The translations under genes and the position numbers were made by a program. Source: Candidatus Bathyarchaeota archaeon (GTDB lineage Archaea; Thermoproteota; Bathyarchaeia; Bathyarchaeales; Bathyarchaeaceae). Taken from it: a stretch of 28,972 nucleotides of DNA. The stretch lies in the NCBI GenBank assembly GCA_026014605.1, contig JAOZIC010000003.1:1-28972 (forward strand). Reading direction: 5' to 3'. Shown here piece by piece: positions 7,717 to 17,063 of this stretch (the first letter of the stretch is position 1; each line of letters begins with the position of its first letter). Below the pieces are notes generated by a model, which saw only the letters and a list, made by a program, of their open reading frames with translations, was not told the origin of the DNA and made no database searches.

Positions 7717-8811
7717 ATGAGTTCAAAATCAAAAATTGTTGCTACTTTAGTGGTTTGCTGTTTGTTTCTTTGTTACTGTCAAATTGGAACAGTAAAAGCA
7801 GTTGACCCAACGGTCTTTATCCAAGCTGACGGAAGCATAGAAGGAACAGATAACATAACCAAAAACGGTGACGTTTACATTTTCAAGGGAGATGTTACTG
7901 GGTCACTTTTTGTTGCTAAAAGCAACATAATAATCGACGGCGCAGGCTATACCCTTCAGGGAAGCAATACTGAAAACTCTAAGGGAATTTACAGCGATTA
8001 CAAAGACAATGTCAGAATAAGAAATCTTGTAGTCAAAGACTTTGATTACGGAATTTGCTTGATGTACGCTACCAACTTCAACATAACCGCAAACACGGTA
8101 ACCTCTGAGCGTTCAGGCGGCGAACCATGGGCAGAATATGGAATAATATTGCATAGCTCATCAAACTGCACAATTTCAGGAAACGACATCAAAAACAGCG
8201 CATGCGGCATAGCGGTTCAGAACTCTAACGATAACTCAATTTCCGAAAACTGGGCAACAGGTAACGGACGTGGCATCGAGTTAATTGGTTCACAGGGCAA
8301 CTTGGTTTCAGGTAACTATGCTGCAGAAAACGATGACGGGATAGTGGTTGAAAACCAAAACAACAGGGTTGTAGAAAACACAATCACAAACAACAACGAT
8401 GCAGGAATCTACATGTTCAGTGCAACCCTTAACGAAATCACCGGAAATGATGTAACAAATAACGAGCGGGGAATGCACATTACTTTTTGTACCCAAAACA
8501 GTATTTTTGGCAACAACTTTGCTGATAACACATTGCAAATCGACACTGATGCATCAGACAGCATCTGGGATGTTGACCAACAAGGCAACTATTGGGGCGA
8601 CTACACAGGCTCAGATAGCAACAGCGACGGCATAGGTGATACCGCATACACCATATCGGAAAACAACCAAGACAACTACCCGTTAATGGCTTCAGTTGAT
8701 GTAGAGGAAATCCCAGAGTTCGGTAGTTTCGCAGTTTTGATGGGCGCAGTAACGTTGGTTGCGGCTATTTTGGCTGTCTACAAACGAAAACTAAGTCATG
8801 CAAACGTTTAG
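7717..8811 (+). CDS. Secreted parallel beta-helix (NosD-like) protein with PEF-CTERM anchor
   Basis: Signal peptide ending VKA; FIQADGS N-cap; Asn-ladder repeats; GNYWGDYTGSDSNSDGIGD; IPEFGS-TM-KRK. Confidence 0.9.
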   Translation: MSSKSKIVATLVVCCLFLCYCQIGTVKAVDPTVFIQADGSIEGTDNITKNGDVYIFKGDVTGSLFVAKSNIIIDGAGYTLQGSNTENSKGIYSDYKDNVRIRNLVVKDFDYGICLMYATNFNITANTVTSERSGGEPWAEYGIILHSSSNCTISGNDIKNSACGIAVQNSNDNSISENWATGNGRGIELIGSQGNLVSGNYAAENDDGIVVENQNNRVVENTITNNNDAGIYMFSATLNEITGNDVTNNERGMHITFCTQNSIFGNNFADNTLQIDTDASDSIWDVDQQGNYWGDYTGSDSNSDGIGDTAYTISENNQDNYPLMASVDVEEIPEFGSFAVLMGAVTLVAAILAVYKRKLSHANV

Positions 8812-8886
8812 TCAAAATTTATTGACTAACTTTTTTCCAAATTTTATCGATTTGGTCAAAGTTTCTTGATAAAAACGTTTTTTACA
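8810..8886 (+). repeat. 77-bp intergenic direct repeat, copy 1 (dyad + T-tract + dyad + BRE/TATA)
   Basis: 68/77 identical to 10706..10782 without gaps; dyads at 8811-8826 (exact) and 8855-8870 (TTGAT), 44 bp apart. Confidence 0.9.
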
Positions 8887-8923
8887 AAACTTTTCCTGTA
8901 ATATACGCGTTGGGAATACCTGT

Positions 8924-10699
8924 ATGCACTGTTATCTTCCGCTTAGACGGTCGTTTTCCACGTTCTTGGCATGTTTGTTAATAGCAACTCTTGGTCTGGT
9001 TTTCGTCAACATTGTTTGCGCGAACATGATGCCTACACCGGTGCCAACACCCTCGTATATAATTAAAGCTGACGGAACAGTTGAGCCAGAAACATCGTTA
9101 ATCCAAAAAGATGGAAACGTCTACACACTAACTGGCGACATTTCAGGTTACACCATTGCTGTTGAAGCAAACGGCATAATAGTTGACGGCGGAGGCTACA
9201 AACTCATAGGAAACGGTAATCTTGCGGGGGTTTTTGTCCAACAGCACACAGTTACTATAAGAAACATGAAAATCAGCAACTACAAATACGGCATTTTGTT
9301 CACATGGTTGTACGGATTGGGAAAACAGGACAACCACAATATTGTTTCAGACAATGTTCTGACAAACAACACGATTGGTCTTGCAATCAAAGATTACTCA
9401 GACGGTTCAGTTATCTCTAGGAATGTTATGGAAAACAACGATTATGGCATTGTTCTGGGCGACAGCAGCAACAGTGTGCTCAGAAACAACCAGATGACCA
9501 ACAACAGGTACAACTTTTTTGTTTCCACAACCACGGTTGCAAGTGCATGCAACGATGTGGATACTTCGAATACGGTTGACGGCAAACCAATCGTTTACTG
9601 GGTTAACCAGCATAACAAGGTGGTTCCTTCAGATGCGGGGTATATTGGTTTAGTTAACTGTAGTAATATCACAGTCAAGGATTTTGAATTGGTTAACAAC
9701 GGTCAGGCTATTTTTTTGGCGGGAGTAAAGGATTCAACCATAACTCAAAATAGTATATCAAATAACCAGAACGGGTTGTGGTTAGCTGAATCATCAAACA
9801 ACACCATCTCTGAGAACAGTTTTACAGACAACACGTATGACACGATTTTTGTTGTTTCATCAACAGACAACAAAATTGTTTCAAACACAATAACAAACAA
9901 CGGACAGCAAGGCACACCAATAGCTCAGGTGCTGGGCAGTATTGGACGTGGAGCAGTTCGTATCTCAAGAGGTTCAAACAACAACGTTTCAAAAAACACC
10001 ATAACCAATAACGGCGAAGGCATCAACATCGACAACTCAATAGGCACGATTGTTGATTCAAACACAATAACAAACAACAACGGAAGCGCAGTGCACCTGT
10101 TTGATTCCTCTCAGGTCAACATAACTCGGAACTTGATGCAAGAAAATAATGGGTGCGGCGTCAAAATCTGGAACTCTAACACCAATTACGTCCACTATAA
10201 CATTATAGAAAAAAACAGCAACGGCATTTCTGTTGACGGCTCACCTGACAACAAAATCACATACAACACCTCAAATGAAAACCTTGAGTGGGGAATACAA
10301 ATTGAAAGCGACACACCCAACGATGTTTTAGCGTCCCGAAACAACGTTATACACCACAACAACTTCGTGGGCAACAAAGCATCTGGGTTAGAGGTGTCTA
10401 TTCCAGGAATCTGGTGGACACACGGATGGATTGACGGATTAGGCAACGTTTGGGATGACGGCTCAGAGGGCAACTACTGGGGCGACTATCAGACAAGATA
10501 CCCAAACGCCAAAAACAGTTCATTAACCACATGGAACACGGAATACGAAATCAACGCAAATAACACAGACCATTTTCCGTTGACCGCACCAGTTGAAGTG
10601 GACCATATTCCAGAATTTGGTTCCTTGGTTGCTTTGGCTGTTGCAGTTGCATTGGTTGCTTTTGTTTTGGCGTTCTATAAACAAAAACTAAGTGTGTGA
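8924..10699 (+). CDS. Secreted parallel beta-helix (NosD-like) protein with PEF-CTERM anchor
   Basis: Signal peptide; IIKADGTV N-cap; internal NDVDTSNTVDGKPIVY module; GNYWGDY cap; IPEFGS-TM-KQK. Confidence 0.9.
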   Translation: MHCYLPLRRSFSTFLACLLIATLGLVFVNIVCANMMPTPVPTPSYIIKADGTVEPETSLIQKDGNVYTLTGDISGYTIAVEANGIIVDGGGYKLIGNGNLAGVFVQQHTVTIRNMKISNYKYGILFTWLYGLGKQDNHNIVSDNVLTNNTIGLAIKDYSDGSVISRNVMENNDYGIVLGDSSNSVLRNNQMTNNRYNFFVSTTTVASACNDVDTSNTVDGKPIVYWVNQHNKVVPSDAGYIGLVNCSNITVKDFELVNNGQAIFLAGVKDSTITQNSISNNQNGLWLAESSNNTISENSFTDNTYDTIFVVSSTDNKIVSNTITNNGQQGTPIAQVLGSIGRGAVRISRGSNNNVSKNTITNNGEGINIDNSIGTIVDSNTITNNNGSAVHLFDSSQVNITRNLMQENNGCGVKIWNSNTNYVHYNIIEKNSNGISVDGSPDNKITYNTSNENLEWGIQIESDTPNDVLASRNNVIHHNNFVGNKASGLEVSIPGIWWTHGWIDGLGNVWDDGSEGNYWGDYQTRYPNAKNSSLTTWNTEYEINANNTDHFPLTAPVEVDHIPEFGSLVALAVAVALVAFVLAFYKQKLSV

Positions 10700-10705
10700 A
10701 AGTTC

Positions 10706-10782
10706 AGTCAAGTTTTGTTGACTAGCTTTTTTCCAGTTTTTATCGTTTTGGTCAAAGTTTCTTGATAAAAACGCTTTTTAGA
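10706..10782 (+). repeat. 77-bp intergenic direct repeat, copy 2
   Basis: Dyads at 10707-10722 (exact) and 10751-10766 (TTGAT), 44 bp apart; then AAAAACGC-TTTTTAGA. Confidence 0.9.
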
Positions 10783-10819
10783 TATTTTTTGTTAGTAAAT
10801 GAATTGTTGTGCATATATG

Positions 10820-12652
10820 ATGAAAAGAATCCTGCCGCTTGTTCTTTTGTTCATTCTTTGTTTTGGTGTTACAGCGTTCCCAAGTGTAACAGTAAAAGCT
10901 GAACCTAACACCCTTATTGTACCCGACAACTATTCCACAATTCAAGCAGCAATCGATGCTGCCTCTGAAGGAGACACAATCTTTGTGAAAGCGGGTAATT
11001 ATGTTGAAAGCCTAGAAATTGGAAAATCTATATCCATTGTTGGCGAAGATAAGCAAACAACAAAAATCGACGGTGATAATACTGGACCCACCTTTCTTTT
11101 GAGTGGAACTAACATTGAAGTTACTGGTTTTACGGTTGTGAATGATGAACAGTCTACGCTTTCAAAATCTCGTGGTCCATACGCGGGGATACATTTGCTT
11201 AATGCAGATTCTTGTAAAATTTACGGAAATATTGTGCTAAATTGCGGCAAAGGTGTTTGGCTTTACAGTGCACATAATAACCAGATATTTAACAACACGC
11301 TTTCAGGCAATAACTATGGCATTATTCTGGGGTCATCCGAGAACAATGAGTTCACCGATAACGTGGTTTCTGATGGTTGGGGCGGAATTATGGTAGAAGA
11401 TTCAAGCAAGAACACGCTTAGAGGCAACAATATTAGCTGTAACGTTCTGGATTTTGCAGTTTCAAGTTCCGAGCTTGATAATTTTGACAATGATGTTGAT
11501 TTGTCAAACCTAGTTAATGGAAAAAAACTGTATTATGTTACTAACCAAGCAAACCTGTTAATCAATCCAGTTTCTTATTCAGACATTGGAGCTTTAGTTT
11601 TAATCAACTGTTCCGACATTACGTTCCGAAACATGGTGATAAGTAACAATTCTGCGGGGATTCATCTTGTTAATGTTGAAAACTGTGAAATAAAGCATAA
11701 TGTGTTCTCAAAAAATCATGACGGGATTAAAATTCAGTTCTCTCGTGACTTTGCTATTTACAATAACATTATAGAAAAAAGCCATAACTATGGAATTCTC
11801 GCAAGGGATTCAGAAAACATCAGTGTATACCAAAATGATTTAATGTCTAATAAAGAGGGGGGAATAGTTTTTGCGAATTCAAACGGTAACTCAATAGCTG
11901 ATAACTCCCTTACTGGAGGGGGTTCTGAGTACGGCTGGTCTGGCATCAGTTTAGTTTCATGTGACCATACTCAAGTAACAAACAACACTTTGTTGGAAAC
12001 TGATAGTTTTGTTGGTGGGATATCCCTCGAAGATTCTTCGCATAATCTGGTTCAGTTTAACATAGTGTATCCAGGCGCACCAGGGATATATATTACTGGA
12101 GTTTCATTTTACAACCAAATCTTTGGAAACAATTTATCTACAGAACGTGGTAGCACAGGAATTCATGTTTACAGTTCATTTAACGAGTTTGCGGGAAACA
12201 ACATCACAAACTTTTGGACAGGAATTGAATTCTGGAATGCGACACATAATATTTTCACTCGAAACGTTATAGAGAGTAGAACACATTCTGTTGAGTTTTG
12301 GCCAGACACCAGCGATAACACGTTTTTTATGAACAATTTTCAAGGAGAAACATTGGTTTTTGATTATTGGTACGATGCACGGAATATAGTTTCAGTTAAC
12401 GTTTGGGATGATGGCGAAACAGGTAACTATTGGGCAGGTTACAACGGAGAAGACATGAACAGTGACGGAATAGGAGATGTGCCATACAACATAACTTATG
12501 GTAATCAGGATAATTATCCGCTGATGGATCCTGTTGAAAACTTGGAGATACCCGAGTTTGGCTCGTGGGCTATCCCAATGCTGTTGTTCAGTTTGGTTGC
12601 AGTTTTGTTAACTGTCTACAAACGGCGACAACCGGTTAATTCAAGTTGCTGA
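10820..12652 (+). CDS. Secreted parallel beta-helix (pectin-lyase/NosD-like) protein with PEF-CTERM anchor
   Basis: Start moved from 10799 to ATG 10820 (MKRILPLVLL..., 37 nt after TATA, like its sister promoters); IVPDNYSTIQAAIDAA N-cap; GNYWAGYNGEDMNSDGIGD; IPEFGS-TM-KRR. Confidence 0.88.
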   Translation: MKRILPLVLLFILCFGVTAFPSVTVKAEPNTLIVPDNYSTIQAAIDAASEGDTIFVKAGNYVESLEIGKSISIVGEDKQTTKIDGDNTGPTFLLSGTNIEVTGFTVVNDEQSTLSKSRGPYAGIHLLNADSCKIYGNIVLNCGKGVWLYSAHNNQIFNNTLSGNNYGIILGSSENNEFTDNVVSDGWGGIMVEDSSKNTLRGNNISCNVLDFAVSSSELDNFDNDVDLSNLVNGKKLYYVTNQANLLINPVSYSDIGALVLINCSDITFRNMVISNNSAGIHLVNVENCEIKHNVFSKNHDGIKIQFSRDFAIYNNIIEKSHNYGILARDSENISVYQNDLMSNKEGGIVFANSNGNSIADNSLTGGGSEYGWSGISLVSCDHTQVTNNTLLETDSFVGGISLEDSSHNLVQFNIVYPGAPGIYITGVSFYNQIFGNNLSTERGSTGIHVYSSFNEFAGNNITNFWTGIEFWNATHNIFTRNVIESRTHSVEFWPDTSDNTFFMNNFQGETLVFDYWYDARNIVSVNVWDDGETGNYWAGYNGEDMNSDGIGDVPYNITYGNQDNYPLMDPVENLEIPEFGSWAIPMLLFSLVAVLLTVYKRRQPVNSSC

Positions 12653-13919
12653 GTTTGGTTACTGCCAGAGGAACTAACATTTCGTCTTTGTTTAGTCCGC
12701 CGTGTTGTCCCCGTGGGGTGTAGTTTACTTCTTTGAAGTGGTCAAACCATACTGTTTCGTTCAGGTACGGCAAAATCAAAAGGTTACCTGCACGGTCTAG
12801 GAACTGTTTTTGGGGTTTTCCGGTGCCAAATAAGCCGTCGTCTATTGCTTGTTTGGTTTCGACGATTTTGGCTTTTGTGCCAACTGTTTTGTTTAGCAAA
12901 TCTTTAGTTTTGTCCATTTTTTCGTCTTGGACATGAAGAAAAACGTCCCGTGCACTGCCCGTGGGCAAAATAGGTTTACTGTCAGCTCCTGTTTTGAGGT
13001 TGTTAAGCAGTTCAGCAAAACCGTTCAGGTAAGTAGTGTGCTCGGGAACTATGTCCACTCCGCCGTGGTCTGAGGTCAACAGCAATAGGGTTTCTTTTGC
13101 TGTTTTGTTGTCGATTTTTTTGGTTAATTCCTTGTTTATCATGTACGAAATGGCGGATACTTCTGCGCCGTATTCGTAGCTGTTTGGTCCGTACTCGTGA
13201 GCGATGGTGTCAAGGTTGCTTAGGTGCACAAAGTAGTAGGCGGGTCCTGTTGTTTTTTCCAGTTTTTTCCTCAAGTTAACGATAAGATCGGATGTCTTCA
13301 ACGACGGAACAAAGGTGCTGTCTTTAAACAACATCTGTGAAGAGTTGCTGTAGGCGTACAACGAAAAAATGTGGGTAAAGGACTGTATATCCTCTTCTTT
13401 TAGCATACTCTGAATGTTTGTTTCATTAAACAACACTCGCAAATCAAAACCGCTTTTCACCAACTCGTTTCCGCCGTAAGACCCTATGGGCTCAAAACGT
13501 TGGGTGTTTACTATTTTGCCGACTTCTTTGATATAGATGTAGTACTCGAAAAGTCCGTGCTGTTGGGGTGTTAAACCCGTGTTCAAGGTTGTAAGGGCGT
13601 TGGTGGTTTGTGACGGAAAAATGCTTGTTAAAGGGTAGACGTCGCTTTTTTCGGTTAGTGTCCTCAAAAACTTGTGTTTTTCATAGCTGCGCAAAAACTG
13701 GTTGTAACCAAAGCCGTCCAAAATAAAGAGCACAACCTTGTCTACTCCGCTATTGTCTATGTTTATTGGAAGTTTTGGAAGACTGGTTTTAACGTCAAAT
13801 AAATCCAGTACTGTTCCGGGAATGTTTGAAATGCAGTTTTCTTCGTAGCAGGGATACAAAAAATCGCCGTCGTCGCGCTTGCGGATGGATTCGCTGAGCT
13901 CATGTATCATGAAAACCAC
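12636..13919 (-). CDS. Alkaline phosphatase-superfamily type I phosphodiesterase/nucleotide pyrophosphatase
   Basis: FILDGFG, FPSQT (Thr nucleophile), DTIAH, SDHG and GQHG metal-ligand motifs; start GTG 13919 or ATG 13910; 17-nt convergent overlap with the upstream gene. Confidence 0.88.
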   Translation of the reverse strand: MVFMIHELSESIRKRDDGDFLYPCYEENCISNIPGTVLDLFDVKTSLPKLPINIDNSGVDKVVLFILDGFGYNQFLRSYEKHKFLRTLTEKSDVYPLTSIFPSQTTNALTTLNTGLTPQQHGLFEYYIYIKEVGKIVNTQRFEPIGSYGGNELVKSGFDLRVLFNETNIQSMLKEEDIQSFTHIFSLYAYSNSSQMLFKDSTFVPSLKTSDLIVNLRKKLEKTTGPAYYFVHLSNLDTIAHEYGPNSYEYGAEVSAISYMINKELTKKIDNKTAKETLLLLTSDHGGVDIVPEHTTYLNGFAELLNNLKTGADSKPILPTGSARDVFLHVQDEKMDKTKDLLNKTVGTKAKIVETKQAIDDGLFGTGKPQKQFLDRAGNLLILPYLNETVWFDHFKEVNYTPRGQHGGLNKDEMLVPLAVTKLSNLN

Positions 13920-14144
13920 AGTTTCAGGAACAAATGCAATGAATACTGTACTATAAAGCTTCTTAGTTTATTTTTTGATGCGCATTTAAAGTGAATTTCG
14001 GCTTTTCTTTTGGGGTTTGTCACCTAAATTAATGTGTACGTAACATAGGAACTATGTATCTGTTTTATATTCTATTGAGATGAATACTATTATACATGCT
14101 CGATTCGCTCGTGTTGGAGCTTATCACGCCGTTTTGCATAGGAG

Positions 14145-16412
14145 ATGCATAACGAGATGAAAGCCGCTGTAACCGACCAATCACCCCAAAAAAGTTACGA
14201 CGAAAACCAAATAACCCGAATACTATGCGTCGACGATGAACAAGATTTTCTTGGCGGCACAAAAACAATTTTGGAACTAGAGCAGTCATTTCACGTAGAT
14301 ACGGTTTTGTCGGTTAAGGAAGCTCTGCAAAAAATGGCGTCTGAAGTCTTTGATGTTATTGTTTCGGATTATTTGATGCCCGGAAAAAACGGTTTAGAAT
14401 TTTTAAAAACCTTAAGAGAAAACGGTAACCAAATCCCATTTATTTTGTTCACTGGAAAAGGCAGAGAAGAAGTTGCAGTCAAGGCATTGAATCTTGGTGC
14501 TGATAGATACTTTAACAAATTTGGGAACCCTGAAACAGTTTACGGTGAGCTTGTTTATGGTATACATCAAGCTGTTGCTCAAAGAAGGGCGGAAAAAAGG
14601 ATATGGGACCGCGAAGAGCGGTTGCGGGCGATTATTGCTTCGTCTCCGGATTCGATGATTGTTATTAACCTTCAGGGAAATGTTACAGATTGTAATTTAG
14701 AGACGTTAAAACTGCTAGAGTTTTCTAAAAAGGACATAATTGGCAAACATTATCTAACGTTGGTAGCTCAAGAGCATCACCAACAACTTCACGAAGTAAC
14801 TAAAGAGTTATTCAAAAATGGGTTTGTGAGTAACATAGAGTGTTCTTTAGTGAAAAAAAATGGTTCTAAGATTCCAGTAGAGTATTCTGCAAATCTTCTC
14901 AGAGACGCATACGGCAATATTGCTGGCGGTGTGAGTTTGGCAAGAGACATCACCGAACACAAAAAGGCTGAAGAAGCACTGAAAAATTCTGAAGAAAAAT
15001 TCAGGAATCTTGCAGACCAATCTCCTAATATAATTTTCATCAACATAGACCGCAACATATTGTATGTAAACAAGAAATACGAAGAAGTCCTTGGCTACAC
15101 ACTAGATGAGTTGTCTTCTGATAAGTTAGACATAACTAACATAATGGCACCTGAAGATGTTGCTAGCATAAAGTCACATTTTTCTAAACACCGTAACGGA
15201 GAAGAGGCTCCGCCATTAGAGTGTTCGCTTATAACAAAAAAAGGAAAAAAAATTGACGTAATACTTACGACGAAACTTATCAAATACCATGAGCAAGACG
15301 CAGTAATCGGAACCATACATGACATTACCAAAGAAAAAAAGGTAAAAAAGCAGTTGCGGGAGCAGCAAGAACTGCTTGAATTGGTGACAGAAAACGTTGG
15401 TGCTGGAATTGCAATGATTTCAAGGGATTTTCAGATATTGTGGATGAACGACGTATTAATGAAATCTTCTAAAGCAAAAACTGGAAAACCTTGTTATTCC
15501 ACATTAGGGCAACAAAAAAGTGTCTGCCCCGATTGTCCAGTAAAGGAAGTTTTTGAAACTGAAAAAAAGCTGGTCACACAAGAAAAACAATTTGCAATTC
15601 GCGGCGAAAGTTTTGTGGAAATTACTGCTACGCCCATCAGAGACAAAAAAGGAAACGTCACAGCAGCGTTAGAACTTGTTATCCCAATAACTAAACGAAA
15701 GAAAGCCGAAGACAAATTGAAAGACACATTAAATGAACTAGAAACTGCGAACCAAAAGTTGGGTGTTCTTGGAAAACTAACCCGCCACGATATAAAAAAC
15801 AAGCTTTCAACGATACTAAACAATACTTACCTTGCTAGAAAGCAACTCGCAAATAATGACGAAGCTCTAACGCATCTGGTGGACATAGAATTAACTGTTG
15901 ACCAGATAGAGAAAATTTTTGAGTTTTCAAGGCTCTACGAACAACTAGGCACTGAAAAGCTGTCATACATCAAAATAAACAAAAAAATTGAAGAAGCAAT
16001 TTTGTTGCAGTCATCTTTAGAAGATATAAAAATATTGAACAAATGTAACGGCTTAACAGTGAAAGCAGATTCGTTACTAAGGCAGGTCTTTTACAACTTA
16101 ATTGAAAACTCGCTAAAACACGGACAAACAGTCAACAAAATAGAAATCTACTACAAAGAACGAAAAAACGACCTCAAACTAATCTATAAAGACAATGGCG
16201 TTGGCATACCAGAACACGCAAAAGAGTTAATCTTCAAAGAAGGCTATGGCTCGGGCACAGGATACGGACTTCACTTGATAAGAAAAATCTGTGAAGGATA
16301 CGGATGGAGTATCACCGAAAAGGGTACGGTTGGAAAAGGAACAAAATTTGTTATCGTCATTCCAAAAATGGGCAAAAATGGAAAACCTAATTACATCGTC
16401 AAAAAAGAGTGA
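14145..16412 (+). CDS. Cytoplasmic hybrid sensor kinase REC-PAS-PAS-PAS-HisKA-HATPase
   Basis: ILCVDDE/IVSDYLMP/FTGK receiver; three PAS/PAC repeats (..RDITEHKKAE); RHDIKN H-box; NLIENS, DNGVGI and GTGYGL boxes; no TM segment. Confidence 0.92.
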   Translation: MHNEMKAAVTDQSPQKSYDENQITRILCVDDEQDFLGGTKTILELEQSFHVDTVLSVKEALQKMASEVFDVIVSDYLMPGKNGLEFLKTLRENGNQIPFILFTGKGREEVAVKALNLGADRYFNKFGNPETVYGELVYGIHQAVAQRRAEKRIWDREERLRAIIASSPDSMIVINLQGNVTDCNLETLKLLEFSKKDIIGKHYLTLVAQEHHQQLHEVTKELFKNGFVSNIECSLVKKNGSKIPVEYSANLLRDAYGNIAGGVSLARDITEHKKAEEALKNSEEKFRNLADQSPNIIFINIDRNILYVNKKYEEVLGYTLDELSSDKLDITNIMAPEDVASIKSHFSKHRNGEEAPPLECSLITKKGKKIDVILTTKLIKYHEQDAVIGTIHDITKEKKVKKQLREQQELLELVTENVGAGIAMISRDFQILWMNDVLMKSSKAKTGKPCYSTLGQQKSVCPDCPVKEVFETEKKLVTQEKQFAIRGESFVEITATPIRDKKGNVTAALELVIPITKRKKAEDKLKDTLNELETANQKLGVLGKLTRHDIKNKLSTILNNTYLARKQLANNDEALTHLVDIELTVDQIEKIFEFSRLYEQLGTEKLSYIKINKKIEEAILLQSSLEDIKILNKCNGLTVKADSLLRQVFYNLIENSLKHGQTVNKIEIYYKERKNDLKLIYKDNGVGIPEHAKELIFKEGYGSGTGYGLHLIRKICEGYGWSITEKGTVGKGTKFVIVIPKMGKNGKPNYIVKKE

Positions 16413-16424
16413 CTTTGTATCTGG

Positions 16425-17063
16425 TTATCTTTCGGCAACGTAACGTCCTCTTTTTTCAATTTCTTTGATTTTTTGGAAAACTTGGTTTGCTTCGTCGCGT
16501 CCTACTGTTTCGCCGTAGCCCTGCATTACTGCATCAAAACACTGTTTCGCGTGCATGTAGTGGGTACTATAAAGCGCCCGTTTCAGAAGGTGTATATCAA
16601 CACCTTTGGCTTCCAAGTCTATGGAGCGTTCGCTTAACCCGAAATCAACAAAAACTACTTTGCCGTAGGGCGTCAAAATCATGTTCGACGTGGTAAGGTC
16701 ACCGTGAATGATACCGTTTTGGTGCATTTTACCAATCATTAACCCTATTACAAAACAAAGGGTGCGGCGCATTTCCGAAGAATCCTCGTTTAGTAATACT
16801 TCTTTGACTTGTTTGCCTTCCACAAACTCCATTATAACCGTGCCCTCAGCAACATCCACCATAAAAATTGTTGGCGTGGGAACTCCGGCTTCTTTGGCTT
16901 TGTGCATAATATTAGGTTCATGAACAGTACGCTGTGAACGAATCATATCCTCCAGTTCTGGGATGCGGTACTTTTTTGGGTGCCTTTTTTTCATGATAAC
17001 CTTGCGGCCGTGCCAAGTCTCCAGATACAGGCTTGCTTCTGCACCTTTTGCTAGCAAAACCAT
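16425..17063 (-). CDS. bud32: KEOPS kinase/ATPase Bud32
   Basis: KGAEA, K.RHPKKYR, IIHGDLTTSN, VDFGLS, EKRGRY; ATG overlaps the kae1 TGA (TGATG). Confidence 0.95.
   Translation of the reverse strand: MVLLAKGAEASLYLETWHGRKVIMKKRHPKKYRIPELEDMIRSQRTVHEPNIMHKAKEAGVPTPTIFMVDVAEGTVIMEFVEGKQVKEVLLNEDSSEMRRTLCFVIGLMIGKMHQNGIIHGDLTTSNMILTPYGKVVFVDFGLSERSIDLEAKGVDIHLLKRALYSTHYMHAKQCFDAVMQGYGETVGRDEANQVFQKIKEIEKRGRYVAER

Noticed and set aside
8810-10782. CRISPR array or integron attC interpretation of the repeats
   Set aside because: Only two long copies separated by a 1.8-kb gene; no regular spacers, no cas or integrase gene, and no attC-like R/L box pattern
2714-12652. Literal NosD / nitrous oxide reductase maturation function
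   Set aside because: No nosZ, nosF or nosY nearby; multiple anchored paralogs fit generic beta-helix surface proteins
14853-14860. A8 tract in the kinase as a phase-variation switch
   Set aside because: The ORF is intact, and such runs are common in Lys-rich, AT-rich coding sequence
16398-16413. One-mismatch dyad GTCAA-AAAAGA-GTGAC at the predicted inversion end, as a recombination site
   Set aside because: Spacer does not match AGTTTC, the site is unpaired, and an equally good one-mismatch hit lies inside kae1 (17129-17144), so such hits arise by chance
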